From Camelus ferus (taxonomy: Eukaryota), in the NCBI RefSeq assembly GCF_009834535.1, contig NC_045696.1:32924001-32988000 (forward strand): a DNA stretch of 64,000 nucleotides, in the 5' to 3' direction. Both the position numbers and the translations under genes were made by a program. The notes under the pieces were generated by a model. It saw only the letters and a list, made by a program, of their open reading frames with translations. It ran no database searches and was not told the DNA's origin. Below, in pieces: positions 41,801-55,000 of this stretch (positions within the stretch are counted from its first letter, which is position 1; each line of letters opens with the position of its first letter).

Positions 41801-42300
41801 ATTCTCAGGAGTGATGGTTTTTAATCTAAAACATAGACTAATGGACTGGACAAACACAGATGAATTAACAAGCAGAGAGTGAGAGGAAAGGAGTATAAGA
41901 TCTTGAAAAGTAAGAGTTTATAGCCAAATAAAGAATATTAGAATTAAAAATTCTGAGGTGGAAAGCTTCTGAGTGATCCAGAGGGTGGCCATGTGAATGG
42001 TTTGCCCAACTCTGCTATAAGATCAGAATGAGAAAGGTTTTAAAGCAATGAAATAATGGTTAGATTAGAATTTAATGTTTAATACTAGGATATACAAGTC
42101 TGGAGCTAAGAGTTCATAAGCCATTGATGTATAGTTGTAGATGTATGAATGTCTCTTTCAGCTGAATATTGAAATTTCCCAGGGTCATTAAAGGACTTAG
42201 GTTTTGTGAACCTGACAGAAAAATTGTTCAAGAAAATTGGAAGATTCGTCAGTGGGTTAGAAACAGGTAAGAGTGGGTGGTAGCATGAGCCACCACCAAA
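38900..42300 (-). mobile_element. Long degenerate LINE-2, interrupted at about 40654-41620 by a second L2
   Basis: Continuous antisense L2-like sequence (gaaagatcactctg...aggcaggaagccagtgaaga; cagattgcaggacttgagaagtgaatgggaggt; ggaaaccatgaacttacagtag). Confidence 0.7.
40654..41620 (-). mobile_element. Nested LINE-2 3' segment containing a GA-rich tract at about 41010-41083
   Basis: Starts with the antisense L2 tail ttcattcatt, then cttcctaaggaagtgatattt...agggaacagcaaatgcaaaggtcct. Confidence 0.7.
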
Positions 42301-42849
42301 AAGGATAAAAGGAATCTGAAATATTGATAGACCCTGAACTATTTATTCTTCAGTTCAGGGAATTTTCTTCTTAATGGCAGAGTACTTGCGATAATTAATT
42401 TTTAATCACGTGAGCATGGATACAAAGTAAGAAGATGTATAAACATAAGGAGCAAATTTCATCAGCCTGTATTTGCCTGGTGAGCTGCCTATATTCTTCT
42501 ACAGGTTATACCTTTTGAATGAGCAAATCCTTGAGTCCTCAAGAATTAGTGTTACTCTTTGTTAGAGTTCTGAATTAACCTGCAAGAGTCTATTATTTGA
42601 GCTCCCTTTTCACTGATGCCATATTGACAGTGCACTATTATTAACACACTGTTTTCTCAAGAGTAGAAAATTGTACTAGTTTTATGCTTTCTCTAGTACA
42701 GTCATGATCCCACTGTGCCTCCTGGAGGTGATACACAACTCATCCTCATTCAGCTTCACTCACCTACGTGGAGGTCATCCTTTAGAGCTGCATGATCTCC
42801 AGGCTCGGTTAAGACCACCTGTCACCTTCTCCTGGGGAACTTCCTGAAG

Positions 42850-42972
42850 TTAAATTTCCTTAACTTTATTTTTAATATTACCCCTGGAGAACCGGTTATG
42901 TAGATCTAAGGTGGACTCGTAGAATCTATGATTTTTAAAGCTCTCTGGAACAGAAGAGTTTAGAAACTACTA
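42850..42972. mobile_element. MER5-like hAT-Charlie DNA transposon fragment
   Basis: gaatctatgatttttaaagctctct...agtttagaaactact resembles the MER5A terminus. Confidence 0.45.
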
Positions 42973-43239
42973 CTTCAAAGTTGGTTCATAAATGAGACTT
43001 TCAAAATCATGTTTCAATGTTGCCTTATTTTATCCTCAGAGTTTAGGTTCCCACTCAGTTTTATGGATACCTTGTTCTCACCACCATCTACTACCTACAG
43101 CAGGTTTCTAGTTATTATTTGTCATCAAACTTATAATGCAATAATTTAGTGTGAGAAAATTGAAAAATTATTTGAAAACAAAAGGTTTAAAGCAATATAA
43201 CATATTATTCTTTATGTATCCCTCCTCTCTATTTCAGAC

Positions 43240-43686
43240 TGTTGTGAAAAGACATCCTTCCACTTCAGGACTGTTTGTTTATCAAACGGCTTTAGGAGAT
43301 AGAGATAGTATCCCCCTCTTGGCAGAGGGCAGGTTTACCAACCAGCCAATAAAGATGATGTCACCCTCCAGGGCAAATGGCAAATATGGGGCAAGTCTTC
43401 TGGCAGTCCATTGTAAGGGACTGGGGATCTCTGTCCTCAGCTGATAAAAACAAACTGTGCACAGCAGCATCCGCTAGTCAACTCCTCCTTGCCCCCCCCC
43501 CCAGCACTTGGGGTAAAAGGGGAATCAACACAATCTGAAGTGCATGGGAGTTGCTGTATGGCAGTAAATTCCTTTGTCTCTAACCCAAGAGTCTCATACC
43601 TTCTGCCAGCATCTATGAAACGATAGCAGGTTACCTTGTTAGCTTGTAAGCAGGATACAATCTGAAAACATTCACAGTTCTTGACA
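43240..43686 (+). mobile_element. ERVL-class LTR (MER54/MER74/LTR53-like), sense to CADM2; 5' boundary uncertain
   Basis: Characteristic 3' end cttctgccagcatctatgaaac...ttgttagcttgtaagcagg...ttcacagttcttgaCA; AGTAAA at 43563. Confidence 0.65.
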
Positions 43687-43830
43687 TATCTGTAATTAAA
43701 AAGTGAGAACATTTATCTCATAGAATTGTTGTGATTATAATATTGCTGAGAGTATACAGACAATAAATGTAAAGTGTTTAGAATAATGCCTGGTATGTAT
43801 GGAATAATTTCAAAACACCTTACCTGTGAA
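43687..43830 (+). mobile_element. MIR 3' half
   Basis: atctcatagaattgttgtg...aatgtaaagtgtttagaataatgcctgg. Confidence 0.65.
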
Positions 43831-46800
43831 TAGTACTAGTATTAGTAGCCATAGAAACACCTGCACGCTCAGCATCACTCACAGGTACATGGCAAAAACA
43901 CACTGAAACTAAACTTCGTATCTTAAATAATGAATTCCTAACTTAAAACTCTTTGTCACATTAAATTAGGAACAAACTCAAATAACTGCTAGAATCAGTC
44001 AGGTGAAGTAAATTGGTAGGAACTGTGTGAAGCCAGAGTGAAGAGAAAAATCTTTCTCTGGAAGGGAGCAGCCCTTAGTGTGTCCGGCTGATTATTGTTC
44101 TGTGGGAAAATGATGGGTCCAGTGTTGCCAAATAATCTGATTTTAAAAGACACTTCATAATACTACAACATGCTAATTTATTGTGAAATACACTTTCATG
44201 TATATTTTGAGCCCATGGGTTCAAAATGTGTCCCCTCATGGGGTCAATCACAAGCCCCAACAGGTTGACAAAGATTTTCACCTCTAGTGACAGAATTGTC
44301 AGCATGGTGTCAGGAACCAGGAGAGGGGTCTGAGGTTAGAAATACATACTTCATCCCATTACACAGATAGTATCTTCACCATTCCTCCATTGTTGTTGGT
44401 ATTGACGACCATTCTGCTTTAGCACTTCCTTTGGTGGCAGCTTTCTATAGCAGCAGTCTTGTTCATTTGAGAATATGAACCCACCTCTTGGCTCTGGTCC
44501 CTCTGGCATCCTGCTGCTGCTCTCTCTTCCCTAAATCTAACAGCGGAGTAACAGGTTGAGCTTGACTGCATCCCAGATTCCAGCAATTTAGTAGTGTTTA
44601 TTTAACTCTGCCTATATTCACAGCGGATTTGACAAGGCTTATCAAAATATGCATATAGTACAAAGAATAGTAACAATTATACTGATGATAAAAAGTAGTA
44701 ACAATGGAGGGTATAATTGGGTAGGAAAAAGAAGGGAAGGAAGAATAAAGTGACACTGGGTAGTATTTATAGATTCCTCTTTACATATTCTAAGATTCTG
44801 CACACTGGTTAGGCATGGAACATACATTCAAACTGAGCCTTCTAGCAACCAAGGCAAAGGGAAAAATGGACTTATGGAGTTTTTTCTTTTGCATCAAGCT
44901 GTGAAGTACCAGACTTACCTCTTATTGCCTAATCCGCACTTTTCTTTTGCAAGAAAATGACGTTTGGGAGAGATTTAGATCAAAGAAAGAGCAAATAAAA
45001 GAGAATTTCACAGGTTATCAGACTTTGGCTGGTGATTTGAACCTCTCTAGCTGATACACTCCTAAAGAGTGTATAATACTGTCAAGCCCAAGGAAGTATT
45101 TGAATTACTACAAGAATTTTTGACCCCTCTAAGATTTTAGGTTTTCATGTTCTGTTCAGTTAATGTGGAGAAAAATAATGAAAGATCGTGACATTTTTAC
45201 CAAACTGCAAAAAAGACATTCTTATCGTGAATTTTAGGTGAATAGTATCTTGCTCTTTCTAGTGAACATCTCCTGCAAATTAATCTCAGACAGGCCAAAA
45301 TAGAGCTAAGAGGAAAATGTGAATTGTAGCTCAAGGAATTGGAAATAGATTTTGCTGACTTGGCTATGTGGTTTATAGCTTGGGAGTTCCTGGTTCATCA
45401 CATCATGAAATTCCAGCTAACCATGGCATTCTAACATCACATGTAAGATAATTTTGAATTTGAGAATCAATTTTGTTTTCCAAAATAGAGCGTTATTCCA
45501 AAGGGCAGTACAGCAAGATGTAAAAAATCAGTATCTTTTCTAGTCAATGTAAATCTTACTTTGTAGACTGGGAATGAAAGAAAAGTGCAGCTCTTTTTCA
45601 CTGTCACATTATAACATAAAACAAATTGGCTTTTATTTTTCCATTTAGTTACATTTTCATTCAAAAGAAAAACAGAACACTAAATCTTTAGTTCATTTAT
45701 ACAGAACATTTGAACATCATACACATCTGATTACAAACTGTAAAAAATTATGAATCATTGTAGAATCATTCTACTATATTATGTAATTTTGAAAAATGAA
45801 AATGGGATTCTCATCATTACATTCACTTTGCATAAATGTGATTTTCAAACAAAAACTACCAACCTTATGTGATGCTGAATTCAATGCTTGGGTAAGATGG
45901 TAGAAGGTAATTTGTAATCTATGCAAACTAAAATGACAGTTTCAAAAGACAGTGAAAATCTTTAGTCACCCAAGAGGATTTAAAGGGCTAAATTTTAATT
46001 TGCAGTCTTGATCCTTAATAATTAAAAAGCAAAGAGGTCCATTTTAATGTTTTTTCTAGTTCAAGGACAATTTGGTTCTAAATTGACCCAGGTGAACTTT
46101 ATGTAATTTGATTAATAAGGTTATCTTCTCACAAATTTGTGAGGATTATGCTTTGAAAAATGCTATTAATTTTTATCTTTTTTTCAGTTTTCAATTATAT
46201 GGAGTATCACTTACTAATGTTAAATTAACTAGTGTTCTCAGTATATCAGTGCATTTGAAACAAAACAGCCTTTCTTTTCCCCAAATGATCTCTTCTATAT
46301 GAGAAAAGAACAATTAGTATAGAACACAGGCTTTTTGGCAGTAACGACTTTCACTGAAGATAAACACATAAAGTTGTTTATTACGTATTAAAGGCTAAAG
46401 AGCTTGAAATCTAACATTTGAAGAAATGCTGACTTGGTGTTGTATAATTCTTTCCAGTATTCAAATAATCAAAAGCAAAATGGTGTCTGTGGTAGACCTA
46501 CACTGCAGTATTAAAATTACCTGTGCCCATAAATGGTAGAAAACATTTGTTCCTCTAGAACCTGATCTTCAATTATTTCAGAAGTTTAAGGGCAGAGAAT
46601 CTGTTTTGAAAGCTTTGGCAAATTAATTAATTAATTTAGTTAGCTTGTTTTCTTACCTTTTTTTTTTTTTTTAATGTAAGAAGGTAATTGTGTTTTTGGA
46701 GTTCCCATACCCTTACTTTGATATGTTGTTCGTTGTATTTTTTAAAGAGAAGTTTTAAGTGGTATTTTGTTAAAACTCCAAAATATGTTTATATGACTTA

Positions 46801-47489
46801 TTTTGATAAATTTTAGCCTGCTTTGGCATTTTCAGCACATGAAGTAGTTGACAATGCGGCTATTTAATTACAAAAAACTGATTTTTTTTTCCACAACATA
46901 AAAGGTAATTTTCTTTTCAAGAGCTGTTTGGAAACTTTTTTTTTTTAATTGTCAAATAAAGATTCTGAGACAAGTTTCTAAATGGATTTTATTGGTATTA
47001 CTTTTGAATTTTACATTTTCTCATTTATATTTTGTATTTAGGTAATACCTTAAATGATGGCTTTGTTTTTTGTTGATTGTCTTGGTAAAAGTTGCTTGAG
47101 ACTTGGTGATCCTTGCTCTTCCTTCTAAGACTACCTGGGAAATTTCTCATTAACCTCTGCTTTATTTAATCTTTTCAACCCTTTAATTTGAATTCATGTA
47201 AATAGCAATAAATAAAATAAAAATGGTCACTTCAAATTGATAATAGTATGAATTATCCAGATAATTATCTGGAAAACACATGTGAACTATTACTTGTTGT
47301 AGAAACATATAAGGAATTGCAATCCTTGACAGGCCAAATAATATTACAAATATAAATAAGCTGAATAATAGCAAAAAATAGAGTTGATCTGATAGACATA
47401 TATCCAATTTTGCCCTTCAAATAAGGATTTTTTTTCTTACATATGACTAAGCTTATTTTTAAAAAATCAATCATCTATTGAGTAGCAAA

Positions 47490-48790
47490 GAAAGAGCAAT
47501 CAGTAAAAGATAATGTAAAAACATGATTACAAATTATTTTCACTGGCACTAATTCAGTAATTCTAGAATACAATGACAATAGAAGAAAAAAATTAAGTGG
47601 CAATATAAACAATATTTAGAAATAAATGAGTCAAACATAAAGAATAAACCTTCAATTAAAAACTACTTAGAAAACAGCAGACTTATGAAATACGTAAGCA
47701 CTGTCTGAAATGTTATTCACAGGAAAATTCAAGCACTGAACATCTTCATTGGGAGAAAGAAAGAAAGGGAGGGAGGGAGTTAGAGAGGAAGGAAGGAAGG
47801 GAAGAAGAAAGGAAAAAAGACAGGAAGATGCAAATCTTAGAATATAATCAGAAAAAAATTTAATATAATAAAGTATAATAAAGGAAATAAAAGCAGAAAT
47901 TAACTAATTAGAGAGTAGGCCATAGGACTGATAAAGTCAGCAAAGAAGCCAATAAAGCTTTCAGACCACTAATTAATCCTTTCAAGAAAAAAAAATCATT
48001 AATATATGAAATTAATGAAGAGAATAAAGATTTCCAATAAAGACAAGATTAAAACAATTAAAAGAAAATGCACTCCATAACTCATAAAGATTTGAGAAAC
48101 TGTATGTAATAAGTATGTTTCTAGGAAAATATAAATTATAAAAATCTATTTAGTAGAAAATGTAAATAAATTTCTAGATACTGTGAAGGGATGTGCTTTT
48201 TATTATAGGCCTGTCAATTATATCAAAACTCAAAGAAATAGATGCTCTTTTTAAACACATCCCAAGCACAGAGGAAAAAGCAAAGATTTTTATTTCTTTT
48301 TATATAATGCCAGCAAAATATCAGTGGTAAAGTCTTATAAAGATAGCACAGAGGAAAAAAAAACTGGGAAATCAAATTTAATTTGTAAATATTGATGCAA
48401 AAATCTTAAATGAAATACTAGCAAAAATAAATCGGTAATATGTTAAAATAATCATATGCTTTAACAAAGTTAATTTATTATCAATAATTAAATATTAAAC
48501 TTTGGTTTGATATTAAGAAATCCATTTATATAATTAACCATATTAATAGGTAGTGAGAAATTCAGTAAAGTGAAAGATTACAAAGTTCAAAATTTAACAG
48601 CCTAGAAAACATAATGAAAGTTTACAGCCTTTTAATTGTAACAAGAATTGTGTATAGAACCTTAGAGAAAAATATTAATGCCATATACACTTTAGAGGAA
48701 CCCAAATGAACTGAATAAATAGAAAGATATACTTTAATGTTGAATAGAAATATAAAATATTATATAAATGTTAGCATATATTATTTTTTA
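47490..48790 (+). mobile_element. Ancient L1 ORF2 remnant, sense orientation
   Basis: A-rich strand; 48388-48423 translates NIDAKILNEILA, the conserved L1 ORF2 motif (NIDAKILNKILAN). No long intact frame remains. Confidence 0.75.
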
Positions 48791-49015
48791 TTTTTAGTCT
48801 GTGACTCTATAAAAAATGTAGCAATCAGCATTCTGTTAAAAGAGCAATCAGTAAAAGATAATGTAAAAAGATGATTACAAATTATTTTCACTGGCACTAA
48901 TTCAAAAATTCTAGAATATAATGACAATAGAAGAAAAAAATTAAGTGGCAATATAAACAATATTTAGAAATAAACAAGTCAAACATAAAGAATAAACCTT
49001 CAATTAAAAATTACT
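47491..49015 (+). repeat. Dispersed direct duplication, 177 bp: 47491-47667 and 48839-49015
   Basis: Manual ungapped alignment gives 170/177 identical. Confidence 0.95.
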
Positions 49016-52000
49016 GTAATTTTCTGTTTCCATGTGTTAATAGATCAATTTCAATATAAAATATCTTCTTTCTTAAGCATGAAGACATATATTTATTTTT
49101 ATATACTATAAATTTATTATAAATATATAAATTATAATTTGTTATTAAATAAATATATTTTATATCATAAAGTAAGTTTAATACTGTATTTAATATATCA
49201 GTGAATTAAATGCATATTGTAATAGAATAACAGACATGGAAAGGTTCTGGGAGCCATTCTGTTCGATATGCTTGACTTAAATTCATACCCATGTTGCTTC
49301 AGCCTGTTGTAGCTTGGTAGCACACGATGTATTACCATCTTTAAGAAAAGTTAATAATTTTATTATCTAAGTGAAAAAAATCATTTTATAGTTACCTTGA
49401 AAATTTTGTAATGTGTAACTAACTCATGTCATTCTGCAGGAAGATATTACTTCTTAAGCTCAATTATTTTATAATAGGTGGTAATTTATATCTTATTGAG
49501 ATGAAGAAATAGAGGGAAATACTATGTAAACATGTTATGAAGCTATTACTTACATATATGTGCAGATACCTACTTAACTATTTTTTATGTTTAATTACTA
49601 ATAAGCACCTTGTATGAGATAAACTGTTAGAATTATTTTCTGTGTTACAATCTATCACTTGAAAAGTTTCCAGATAAGATATGAGTAAGAGAAAATTGTG
49701 TACATATTTTCTCATTCTATAGCAAAAATTATTTTGAGTTTGAGGTTAATGACAGATAAGGAAAATTTCTGGTGAAAGAGGAAGGAAATATAATTAAATG
49801 ATAGTACAGTAATGTGCCACTAGTTGTAACTCTCATTTCTTTCCTCAAAGCATAAAAGCTACCACAAGGTTTTTTAATCATAGCCCACCAAATTATCATT
49901 CTCATCAGCCTGGAGTTACAAATGGGGGAAAGATGGAAAACTTAAAACTTATCCTTTTATTGTCTCTGAAAATAATTTCTAAAATCTTAACCTTCTGAAT
50001 TCAGTCTCTGGCATTTTATGATAATGTTAACACTTAGGGGAATCATTATGTTTTATTCATATTTAATGATGATTAATAGTCTTTGCTGTATAATCAAGAT
50101 AAAATAGTACAGTTCCTGAAAATTGTTCTTTTCTATAATAAAGAAAACAGAAATTACTAAGGACTCAATTAGGGATTTAAAATAAATTTAAAGTAACAAA
50201 AGGATTTATCTTAAAACTTTCATCTTTTTTGAAGAGATGAAGTTGGAATGAGAATATTTAGATAGAAAACAAGGTTAAATTTTTTTCCAGAATAAGAAAA
50301 TTAATCCTAAAGAAATAATACAGTAGTTATTTTCTAACTATTATATATCAAGCATTAGTGCCGATTGGTTTTAGCTGTCCTGCAGAACTATTTCTTTCCC
50401 CTCAAGTTAATACCACTCTGAACAAGCTGAAGAGAAACTGGTTTGCAAACTGGCACCTAAGTAAGTCTTCAGTTTGGAGTATCTTATAAGTGAATAATTT
50501 TATAATAACATAAGTAAGAAACAGACTAGAAAAGATATCTTTATAGGTCCTCAGACTCTTAATGATTTGATCAAATAGATATTATGCCCTATTCCTATTC
50601 TAGATATGTTTTGCTAATTAACTCCATGATATCTCAAAACTGTCTTTTGATTTCTGAAAAAAATGTATAAAGTACTTTTAATTGGTCATAAAATATTTAG
50701 CAAATACTATTACAGGAAAAAAAATTCTGTGTGTTATTGCAGTTGGCTTTGCATAAAAATCATGGTATGTATGCCCTGGAAAACTATTTCTTACATTTAT
50801 CCACTTCAATTCCTCTTTGAAAATCTGTGTTATTTAATTATGCTGCCCCACAGAGCAATATATTTCTTCCTATCATAGGGTACAGTGATGTACCCTAGCT
50901 AACAATAATGTATAAACTCATCGTGTGTATATGGCACAAGTCGTCTCTAAAACTGTTTTTTAAAGATTATCTCATCACTTCTTATATATTTACAAAAATA
51001 TCGGTGGAAAACATATTTATTTGGACCAAAGATAGATTACATTTAGGCTAAGATGTGACTTCAAGTAGGTGATGCAATTCTTAAGTGAAAACATTTCTCA
51101 TTTGAAAATATCAGATTAGTCTTAATAGCCCTGAAAAGTGCATATTTTCTGGAACTTGTCCGTAACAGCCTAAAATTTAGAGGACTTTTTGAGAAGTATC
51201 AATAGCTGAAAAAACTTGACCACTAGATAGCATTAGTATTGGCACAAAAACTAAAACTATTTGCAGTATTCAATTATGTTGTCCTTTTCATCATTATAAC
51301 CTTACTTTTATCAGAAAGTATAAATGAGGACCTACTTATACAACATAAGTAAAAGCTGATACCTTTACAAATACTCATAATAACCATTTTTATTTTTTCC
51401 GTATAAATATGTGTATACACACACACTCACTCTTAGAGGGTGTGCGTGTCTCCTCATTTTCTGACCTCCAAATGGTTATTTAACATATATAACATAGATG
51501 ATTCATTTTTTAAATATTTACAGGCCTCAGTCATATTCCTGGCTCTTAAGAATTTAGTTTGTTATTAATTTGGCTCACTTTTTACAGAAAACATACATAA
51601 AAGTGTACAGTCTCAAACATAAAATAAACTTTCTGCTGTGTTACTTTTTTTAGTGACCCTGATGGAAACATTCACATATAGGCTGCCCTTCCATTGCCAC
51701 ATAACTGAAACTAGGCTTCAAGGAATGGAAAATTTAGGGCAAAAACCAAGAAAATGATTTTTCTGGTTAAGATCTGCAGGGTGTTGACTTTTTACTTTTT
51801 ATTTTATCCTCATTCCCCTCTTTCTAGTTCATGTGCAAGGAAAACTAGGCTATGGCAAATAGTATAAAAGGGGAAAAATAGCAAAATCTCAAAAACTCAA
51901 TATGCTAAATGAATTTCCAATATTGGCAGATATTAATTGAGAAATTTTTCTCTTTTGAGTCCCAAAATATGTTTAAAAATGGTTAACACATTCTAGGTTT

Positions 52001-55000
52001 ATACATCGTATCCTGTGAGAGACAACATTCTCTCAGAATATCCTGTGATGAATTCTTTTATAGATGCTCACTATAGAAAAACCCGTAACTCAAATAGATA
52101 GTTATCCTGGATGAATCTTTAGCTCTTTGCTAATACCTTTTAGAGAATGACTTGCATCTCTGCTTTACTTCTGAAAGAAATGCAGTAACTGTCTTCCAGA
52201 GTTACAGTTCTTCTAAAGTTCTGTCTTCTACTTATAAATGACACTGACCATTTAGAAGGAGCTAGGTTTTAGAACTATCAACTGTCCCTTAATATCAGCC
52301 CCCATCTCAAAGTTTCACAAAGACAGGAATCTGTATTAAGAACAAATCTGGAGAATGCAAAGTCTGATTTAATTCTTTCCTTCCTTATATTTCCCACTAA
52401 ATCTCGGGTGTGACCAAAAGAGGTAAATCCATAGACATACCCCATAGTCTATTCTGCTCTTGTCTATGCTTCTATTTTAATTGAAATTTGCCCTCATTTT
52501 CCTCACTAGCCCAAAACTCTACTTGCTGCTTGCCAATGTAAAATTCACACTGTTTGATAAACTAAATCATATTAATTTATAAATAGGATACTGTTCACCT
52601 TAGAATCTTCTTTTTCCTGAATAGTTTCAGTGAGATGCAGCCTTTGGGAAGAATAGCCCTTTAATCATTGTCTAGTTGGCCCTATCATGATAGAGTGGCC
52701 CCTTTAACAGGTCTAAACCTTACTACATAAGTTCTGACCTACCTTTCACTTAACACAGGACAGATCACGTTTCTAATGTTATCACCCCAATGCATATTTA
52801 TGTTCTGAACTTTATTATTTTTCACTTGTCCTGGCTTAGAGCATCATGAATTTGAAACTCTACTGAGGGGTTATAATTAGAAGTTATGTAGTGAACAGTA
52901 GTTGAAATAAAGGAAAATGATATTCTTTCTAAAAGATACTTTATAGAACATTGTAGAACTCATCACATCTTCAGATAAATACTGAAATTATCTTTGGCCT
53001 GAGATCTTTTTAAATTAGGACTTTATTAGTAATTGGGAGTAATTATATATTGATTTGACATTAATACATTGACTCCACAATTGTCCATGCTCTGTAACGA
53101 TAAATCTGTAACAAAAACAAAAACTGGCTTTATTAGATGCCAACAAAAGCTTTGATCATGTTAAACATTTTTGCAAATATTTCTGCCAACAAGCATGTTT
53201 GGAGTTATTTCAGAGATCTTGCAAAACTGACTACATATTTAAGAGTCAAGTATAAAAATGAGTGATGCTCTATTAGTGTCAGTTTTCTTGACATTGGTCT
53301 AGAATATTAGCCTCTACTAGGAGCTTACACAAGCATCTTTCCTTTTTTAGCAAAATTTTTTCTTAAAGTAATCTTTTTTATAAGGCTATGGACAAACTAT
53401 TTTCTAGGAACTTAAAAAAATTATTCCTGGCTCATAGTCACCTAAAGTTCAAGTTATACTTATTTTTAAGATCTCTATACAAATGATTTTACCTTATCTT
53501 CCTTTCAGTCTTCATCTGATAAACATTTCCTTCATTCTTATGCGCAGATTTTGGGATAATGGTGGGGAATATATTAAGCTAATTTGTTTATTTGGGAAAG
53601 GGCAGGTAGATGTTAGGTTTTAAGTTTATAATGTATCATCTAAATTAAAAAATAAAATATAAAAATATGGTTTATATTACACAATTTTTATATGACAAGA
53701 TTTTGTTGACTTCTCTCATTTATTTCTTCTCAACCTTGCAATAACTGTGGTACTAAGCATGAGGAATACAGAAAAAAATGTTTACTTATTCATGAGGAAT
53801 TTAAAGACTAATAATAATGAAGACATAATTTAAACAAATAAACTCAATAAGTTTGAGATTATTTCTTAGCAACCCAAAAGAGTGATTATTTTTGAAAGAT
53901 ATGCAGGTGCTCATATGAAGTAAAATAATATTGATAATGATAATCAAATAACAATAGCTACCATTAATTATTTATTATATACTAGTGAATGTGCTGTTTT
54001 ATAAGATTAGAAACAGTTTCCAAGAAGGTAAGTTGTATATTCAAGGTTTTTCAACACAGGCAAGTCTGTGATTCAGATCCAGATCTGCCTGACTCCAGAA
54101 TTCTCTGCCTTTCATTACATTGCATTGCATTTTTGTATCTGAATTTAAAACATGGAAGATTGAGGACTAGAGGAGAACTTTGCTGTAGAAAGAAAGCCAA
54201 ACAGAGAGTCAGGACACTGGAGGTTTTAGCCCCAATTATGCCATTTGCTTGCTGTATAACTTTAGGTAAGTCATGCTTTTCACTGAGCTTGGTAAATTTG
54301 AGGTAATCATATCTGCACCATTGTTTCCTGTTTGTGTGTGTGTGTGTGCGTGCACACAGTGTGCAGACCAGTAGAAACCATGGTGTAAGCAATAAAGTCC
54401 TATAGAAATTAAGGTCTTCCACAGTCTCACAACTGTCACTGTCTTGCAGACATATTTTGTTGGCACTTTATCAGCCATTCCATGCTTTGTTAAATGATGC
54501 TATTCGGTATGTCTTTTCCCTGCCTTGCCATCTGAAACATTTCTACTTATGCTTGTAAACCTTGTACAGATGTCAGTTTCTCTGATAGACCTCTTTTATC
54601 CTCATCTTGTATGTTCTCACAGCTCTTCATAAAAGAGAGGGTTAGAGAACCTAGCCACTCTGCTGTTGTGATTCTTTTTGATCTGCCAGATTCTGCCAAT
54701 AGACCCTGAGCTGCTTAATGGATTTTCATTGCCTGGAAAAAAAAGGAGGTGCTCCATAAGTTTGTGTAGATACAAAATCAAGATATTAAAATTATAAACA
54801 TTGGTTTAAGTATATGTATTTTTATGGTTAATTTGGCTAAGCAAGGACCTGTCTTACAGCTTGTAAACAGCTTACAAAAGGAGAAACAACCCAGATGGAT
54901 TCTCCTCAACAGCATATTAGATTTATGATACTCAAAAAAACAAACAGAAGAATGAATAGAATTCAGACTCTTTGCTCTGAAAAAAGAGTGAATTAATATT

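Noticed and set aside
52009..52120. Three TATCCTG(TG)A-like words, superficially repeat-spacer-like
   Set aside because: Short, degenerate and irregularly spaced; eukaryotic context with no cas genes. Not a CRISPR array.
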